The notes below the pieces were generated by a model that did no database searches, was not told the origin of the DNA, and saw only the letters and a program-made list of their open reading frames with translations. Below, piece by piece: positions 59,306 through 64,000 of a DNA stretch of 64,000 nt. Source of the DNA: Gemmatimonadales bacterium (lineage in GTDB: Bacteria; Gemmatimonadota; Gemmatimonadetes; Gemmatimonadales; GWC2-71-9). Within the stretch, counting starts at the first letter, position 1; each line of letters opens with the position of its first letter. The DNA lies in NCBI GenBank assembly GCA_041577295.1, contig JBFGJG010000002.1, positions 128,001 to 192,000 on the forward strand, in the 5' to 3' direction. A program made the translations under genes and the position numbers.

Positions 59306-59730
59306 CGGCGCTTAGAGCGCGCCTTCTTCGACGGGGCCGTACGGCGGGCTTTCGAGGCTGCGCTCTTCTTTGAACGGGCAGCCTTCTTTGTGGCCGCGGG
59401 CTTCTTTGTGGCAGCAGGCTTCTTTGTGGCGGCAGGCTTCTTCTTCGCAGTTTTCTTCGTGCTCTTGGGCTTCTTTCCTCGCGCTTTGCGGCCGCGCGAC
59501 GCGGCGGTCACCTCTAGCAGAAGTTGCTCACCCTCGTCATTGCTGATCAGACCGCGCCGCGTAGCGTACTGGACTAGCTCCTGGGCATCCTCCAGCATGA
59601 ACTCCCCAGTCCCGGCTCCCGCGCGGATCATGTTGACGATTGCATCCGCCACGGGGCTGCGAAGCACGCTCGCAATCCCTGGAACGGACTCCAACAGCGC
59701 GGAAATCTGCGAGCCGCCGAGCTCGGGCAC
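59302..59730 (-). CDS. Small protein with a histone H1-like Lys/Ala-rich tail
   Basis: About 75-aa globular N-terminus, then KKPAAT x3 and other KK-rich motifs; GGAG RBS. Confidence 0.8.
   Translation of the reverse strand: MPELGGSQISALLESVPGIASVLRSPVADAIVNMIRAGAGTGEFMLEDAQELVQYATRRGLISNDEGEQLLLEVTAASRGRKARGKKPKSTKKTAKKKPAATKKPAATKKPAATKKAARSKKSAASKARRTAPSKKARSKRR
59383..59436. repeat. 3 x 18-bp coding tandem repeat (KKPAAT)
   Basis: CTTCTTTGTGGC(C/A/G)GC(G/A)GG at 59383, 59401, 59419. Confidence 0.9.
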
Positions 59731-59877
59731 GTCCGGTCTCCTCTTGGTGGTTACCTTCGCGCGCCAAGCTAGCCGGTCCAGTGACCGACGTCAAGCGGTG
59801 ACCCAGTCGGTAGGGCAGTGATACAAGTTACTGTGATGAAATAACTTACTGGTGTAGCGTTGGGATCTACGTAGCCC

Positions 59878-60147
59878 TCAACTCACCGGCTTTCGCGGTC
59901 GTACAGCCTCGCGTCGCAGCGACCGGGGCGCACGGCGCCAGAGCCGCCATTCGGACTGAGAGAGGATTTCGCCCAGAACCGCCCGGGTTCGGCGGTCCAC
60001 AGGCATGTCCAGGTGCATCTCGAGTCGGTACTCAGCCTGGTCACCACCCCGTCCCGCCAACACAAACCCCGACTGAGCCGGCTGAACAGCGTCGATCTCG
60101 ATGTCGGCAACCGGGACGAAGTCCTCGGTGGGGGGTTCTGTTGGCAT
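59878..60147 (-). CDS. Hypothetical protein (89 aa)
   Basis: GGAG RBS; globular-looking sequence. Confidence 0.65.
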   Translation of the reverse strand: MPTEPPTEDFVPVADIEIDAVQPAQSGFVLAGRGGDQAEYRLEMHLDMPVDRRTRAVLGEILSQSEWRLWRRAPRSLRREAVRPRKPVS

Positions 60148-60283
60148 GGGAGGCTCCCGGTGGCAGATCTAGCAAGAGAGTGTGCCCCAATCCGAGGTGA
60201 GTCAAGTGGCTTCTTGGCGTCCTTTGCCACGCCCTCTGGGTTGGAGTAGATTTCGCTGGCTTTCTGGCGGGAGTGAGCGAGAC

Positions 60284-60541
60284 GTGGGACGTCGAGGAAT
60301 CAAGGAGTATCGCGCGGCCGAAGCCCTTCAACTCATTCTAGCCGACCGAGATCGAGAGGGGCTTACCTGCCCATCGTGCGGTCATCGGACCATCGAGCGG
60401 TCGCCAAGACGGCGGCTTCCGAAGGCCCGGAGGGACTCACACCGCCGCGTGACGCTCCGATGTACCAAGTGCGGACGACAGGCCGTCTACGTACCAAGGA
60501 ACGTAACCCAGCCATCCGACAAGGAACTCCTCACCAGCTGA
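60284..60541 (+). CDS. Small zinc-ribbon protein
   Basis: CPSCG...CTKCGR; GTG start after GGAG. Confidence 0.6.
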   Translation: MGRRGIKEYRAAEALQLILADRDREGLTCPSCGHRTIERSPRRRLPKARRDSHRRVTLRCTKCGRQAVYVPRNVTQPSDKELLTS

Positions 60542-60624
60542 GGCGGAGTTTCCCATACGAGCTGGCGGCTCACTGACCCCGTCTTCGCGGGGTCGGGGTT
60601 CCCTAGTACCCAAAAAACTCTCAT

Positions 60625-61062
60625 TCACCCGATGGCAATTGCGGAGCGCTCGAACGGGCTCTCGAGCACCAGGTCGAGCGAGACCGTACAACCTGCCCGC
60701 CGCGCGGCTTCGACGTGCCCAGTAAGCACGCTGATCCCCGGAACCCGTAGCTTGAGCAAGAATCCCCCGTCACTCAGTTGATGACATTCAAGGACATCGT
60801 CAACCGCACCCCACTGTCTGACCAACCGGTTGGGCACCGTGTCCGCCGCCGGGAGAACCCGAAGAAAAGCCAGTAGGGGCCGCCCCACAGCCTGAGGACT
60901 CAGCGAGGCGAAATAGCCTGTGATCACACCTGCAGACTCGAGCTTCTTCACTCGCTGAAACGCTGCAGGGCCACTTAGTCCAACGGCGTCGCCGAGCTCG
61001 TGATATGCAAGACGACCGTCTCGCTGCAGTAGAGCAAGTATTCTTCTGTCTATTTGATCCAT
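60625..61062 (-). CDS. Lrp/AsnC family transcriptional regulator
   Basis: MDQIDRRILALLQRDGR....ELG..VGLS......RVKKLE..GVI.GY. Confidence 0.92.
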   Translation of the reverse strand: MDQIDRRILALLQRDGRLAYHELGDAVGLSGPAAFQRVKKLESAGVITGYFASLSPQAVGRPLLAFLRVLPAADTVPNRLVRQWGAVDDVLECHQLSDGGFLLKLRVPGISVLTGHVEAARRAGCTVSLDLVLESPFERSAIAIG

Positions 61063-61085
61063 TGCATAATAATATTTTGTAGAGT

Positions 61086-61113
61086 TTGTAAGTTACTTAA
61101 TGTTAACTTACAA
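61086..61113. promoter_or_regulatory. Perfect 10-bp inverted repeat upstream of lrp
   Basis: TTGTAAGTTA-N8-TAACTTACAA in an AT-rich segment. Confidence 0.6.
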
Positions 61114-61187
61114 GGCGATATAGCCACAAGACGTTACGCCTGTCCGTGGCAGCAAGGAAGGGAGAAACGGCTGGGGCTCCTGAGTGA

Positions 61188-61964
61188 TCAGTCGGGCGTT
61201 GAGAAGATCCGGTTCCAGCGGATGTTGGTCAGAAACGGCAGTGGCAGAATGCCACCCTTGTCGAAGCTGTAGTAGATCAGCAGAGGTCGCCCCGATATGC
61301 GATCTCGGCCTAAAAATCCCCAATAGCGGCTGTCAAAGGAGTTGTCGCGGTTGTCGCCCATGACGAAGAACGAGTCTGCCGGCACGACGATCGGGCCCCA
61401 GTTCTTCAGGGTGGGTCGATACGACCGGCTATCGCGGCCGCCGAGATACTTCACCTGCCAGTGGCGCATTCGGGGGTCCTCGGGGTCCGCCCCAGGGTCG
61501 GTGCGGATCACGTACGGCTCGGCCAAGGTGTCGCCGTTCACGAACAGCACATTGTTCTCCATCGAGAGGGTGTCCCCCGGCATTCCCACCAAACGCTTCA
61601 CCACGTTCACACCCGCCTCGACGGGCGACTCGAAGATCACGATATCAGACCGATTCGGCTCTCGGATAGCCGGGAGGCGTTTGTTGACTATCGGGACCTC
61701 TGCACCATAGAGCGCCTTGTTCACGAACAAAAAGTCCCCAATGAGCAGGGTGTTTTCCATGCTGCCGGAGGGGATCCGGAACGCCTCGACGAGCAGCGCA
61801 CGGAGGAAGAACCATATGACGAGGGCGATCGCGATTGACTTGATCCACTCGCGCACGGGATGGGAGGCGGACCGTCCACGCTTGCGCTCCCCGGCTTCGC
61901 GCCCGCCATTCTCCGGAGGTGTTTCTGGCTTCTGCGGCTCGGCCGCTTGCTTCTTACTGTTCAC
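61188..61964 (-). CDS. lepB: Signal peptidase I
   Basis: IPSGSME.TL.IGD, VKRLVG.PGD, FVMGDNRDNSFDSRYWG; GTG start overlapping the upstream stop, GGAGG RBS. Confidence 0.95.
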   Translation of the reverse strand: MNSKKQAAEPQKPETPPENGGREAGERKRGRSASHPVREWIKSIAIALVIWFFLRALLVEAFRIPSGSMENTLLIGDFLFVNKALYGAEVPIVNKRLPAIREPNRSDIVIFESPVEAGVNVVKRLVGMPGDTLSMENNVLFVNGDTLAEPYVIRTDPGADPEDPRMRHWQVKYLGGRDSRSYRPTLKNWGPIVVPADSFFVMGDNRDNSFDSRYWGFLGRDRISGRPLLIYYSFDKGGILPLPFLTNIRWNRIFSTPD

Positions 61965-63040
61965 CGTCGTTCGTCCTCCGATTCTCGAGCGGGTTCTACC
62001 CAATCGGCTAGAAATATGTTCGTTTCACCCGCGACCGAGCCGAATCGATTCGACGCGAACACCAGGCGGGTACCATCGGGCGAAAACATCGGAAACCCGT
62101 CGAATTCCTCGTGCGTGGTCACCTGCGTGAGACCGCTACCATCGTCGTTGATCAAGAAGAGATCGAAGTTCCGGCCCCGAGGATTCTGATGATTGGAGGC
62201 GAAGATGATGCGCTCTCCATCCGGATGAAAAAACGGAGCGAAGTTCGCACCGCCGAGCTCTGTCACCTGCCGCTGGTCTGAGCCGTCCGCGTTCATGACC
62301 CAAACCTCCATCCGACTTGGCCGGACCAGATCCTGAGATAACAACCGCTGATAATCGGCTATCTCCTCAGGTGTCCTCGGATGAAACGCGCGATAGACGA
62401 TCTTGCTGCCATCCGGAGAAAAGAACGGTCCTCCGTCGTAGCCCAACGCCGTGGTGAGACGCTGCACGTTAGTGCCATCGGCGTTCATCGTATAGATGTC
62501 GAGATCCCCATCCTTGAGTGACGTGAAAACCACACGGTTGCCGTCCGGTGAAAGTGTCGCTTCGGCGTCGTATCTCGGGGACCGCAGGAGGACCGCGACG
62601 TCACTCCCGTCGGCCCGGGCATGGTAGATGTCATAGTCAAAGAGCGGCCACACATACCCCTGGGAAAAGTCTGGGGTCGGCGGGCAGCGGTCGTCTGTGT
62701 GAAACGTGCTCGAGTAGATCACCCGTTCACCGCCCGCAACAAAATAGCCGCAGGTGGTCCGTCCCAGTCCGTTCGACACTCGGCGGAGATCGCTACCGTC
62801 AACACGCATGACGTACTGCTGATCGCACGTGGAATCGCTCACCTGGCGCTGGAAGATGAGGTACCTGCCGTCGGGCGAGAAGTACGCTTCCGCGTTCTGC
62901 CCGCCGAAGGTCAACTGCGTGATGCGCCCAAAGAAACGCTCGCCCGCTTCGGGTGGCCGGCTTTCGGCGGGCGCGGGCTCCCCGCAACCGGGGAACATCA
63001 GCGACCCAAGCACGGCCGCTAGGATGGTCACTCGATGCAT
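61961..63040 (-). CDS. TolB-like PD40 beta-propeller lipoprotein
   Basis: PGC lipobox; repeats AEAYFSPDG, AEATLSPDG, GGPFFSPDG, APFFHPDG, FPMFSPDG. Confidence 0.88.
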   Translation of the reverse strand: MHRVTILAAVLGSLMFPGCGEPAPAESRPPEAGERFFGRITQLTFGGQNAEAYFSPDGRYLIFQRQVSDSTCDQQYVMRVDGSDLRRVSNGLGRTTCGYFVAGGERVIYSSTFHTDDRCPPTPDFSQGYVWPLFDYDIYHARADGSDVAVLLRSPRYDAEATLSPDGNRVVFTSLKDGDLDIYTMNADGTNVQRLTTALGYDGGPFFSPDGSKIVYRAFHPRTPEEIADYQRLLSQDLVRPSRMEVWVMNADGSDQRQVTELGGANFAPFFHPDGERIIFASNHQNPRGRNFDLFLINDDGSGLTQVTTHEEFDGFPMFSPDGTRLVFASNRFGSVAGETNIFLADWVEPARESEDERR

Positions 63041-63255
63041 CCGTCAAGTATAACTGCGCACAGCTTGACATACGAACACATCACACACGACCGCGGCCGG
63101 CCGCCCGGAATGTGCAAGAACCCTCGCGGAGCCGCGCGATGGGATGCGGTCTCGTCGCCCCTGCGGTTCATTGAAGTGCTTACAACCAATACGCTTACCC
63201 AACGTGGCACCCGCCTTGCGACTCGTCGATTCAAATGGTTCAGGACAGGGCAGTC

Positions 63256-63588
63256 ATGGAGAACAAAAAAGAACCACGTAAGGCGGGCGCGTTCCTGGTC
63301 CAGGGGCTCGGCAAGCTGTGTCTGGAAGGGCGGGACGTGGCTTCCTACCTCTTTCAGGTGCCCACCGACCAAAAGCAGTGGGCCCGGTTGCAACAAATCG
63401 TCGACCGCATAATCGAAGCGGCGTCGAAGCTCGGAATGCGCGAGCTTCCAGCCATTGGAAAGGAAATGCAGCAGGTGCTCACGGGGCCACCATCCATCAT
63501 GGCAGCCGATCAGTTGACCGCGGGGTTCGATCGGATCATCAAGCTATTGGGGTCCGCGCAGAGCGGGCTTTTCATCGCCATCCCTTGA
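63256..63588 (+). CDS. Hypothetical helical protein
   Basis: 110-aa ORF from ATG 63256. Confidence 0.6.
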   Translation: MENKKEPRKAGAFLVQGLGKLCLEGRDVASYLFQVPTDQKQWARLQQIVDRIIEAASKLGMRELPAIGKEMQQVLTGPPSIMAADQLTAGFDRIIKLLGSAQSGLFIAIP

Positions 63589-63652
63589 ACGCGAAGATTC
63601 GCTGCATTGTGATCGCGTCGTAGACACGACCGACCATCAAGGGGTTCGTGCT

Positions 63653-64000
63653 CTAGAAGAAGAGCCCCAAATCGAAGCGACCGGCAAAGCCGGTGGCGCC
63701 TGAGAACAACCCACCAAGCGATCCCCCGCTGACCTCGAACAGAAAATGCCGGCTCTCGACACCCATACCCGCGGTGTAGCCGATTCCCTGATGACCACCG
63801 AGCACGAGTCCGAGCCGTAGTGGCACCGTTGGATCGAATCGCCACGTCGAGCCGAGATCGACCAGAAATGGCGTTCCGAACTCACCGCCGGAGCCGAGGG
63901 TGGCAGCGCCATCGAGTTGCAGGAATCGGGTGGCCCATGCGCTGGCCGCGAACCGCACGATCCGCGGAAGGGTCACGTTCCAGGCAACCGTGTCCTGTAC
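63653..64000 (-). CDS. 3' end of a probable outer-membrane beta-barrel protein (partial)
   Basis: Alternating beta-strand pattern ending GRFDLGLFF; frame appears open to the window edge. Confidence 0.55.
   Translation of the reverse strand, partial: VQDTVAWNVTLPRIVRFAASAWATRFLQLDGAATLGSGGEFGTPFLVDLGSTWRFDPTVPLRLGLVLGGHQGIGYTAGMGVESRHFLFEVSGGSLGGLFSGATGFAGRFDLGLFF

Overview
GC-rich bacterial chromosomal segment; the gene content and protein style suggest Gemmatimonadota, which is inference only. No transposase, integrase, phage gene or CRISPR array was seen. In order, the window holds: a Cys/His-rich, polyproline-ended leader ORF ahead of a secreted protein; three glutamine synthetase paralogs (two GSI-beta, one GSI-alpha) with different candidate promoter types; xth; a complete kynurenine/3-hydroxyanthranilate Trp-catabolic cluster with an orphan SDR; a stress/dormancy-like block (dodecin, P-type ATPase, Na/Ca exchanger, HPF-CSD, PRTase, USP, hemerythrin, class II amidotransferase, ATP-grasp); a TonB receptor with a NarL-type two-component system; a 21-bp palindromic tandem array; tRNA-Cys and tRNA-Arg(UCG); dps; mqnD; signalling genes; lemA-htpX; yhaM-like, archease and rtcB genes; an SBP-MCP pair; lrp; lepB. 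Two candidates for undescribed systems stand out. (1) A TPR protein, a 50-aa secreted Cys-containing peptide and an AraC-type regulator with a 21-bp-spaced direct repeat, resembling a peptide signalling circuit (45042-47835). (2) A ~420-nt, apparently non-coding, extensively base-paired minus-strand region with its own candidate promoter and terminator, convergent on archease-rtcB (53448-53907). All assignments come from reading motifs by eye; no database searches were run.
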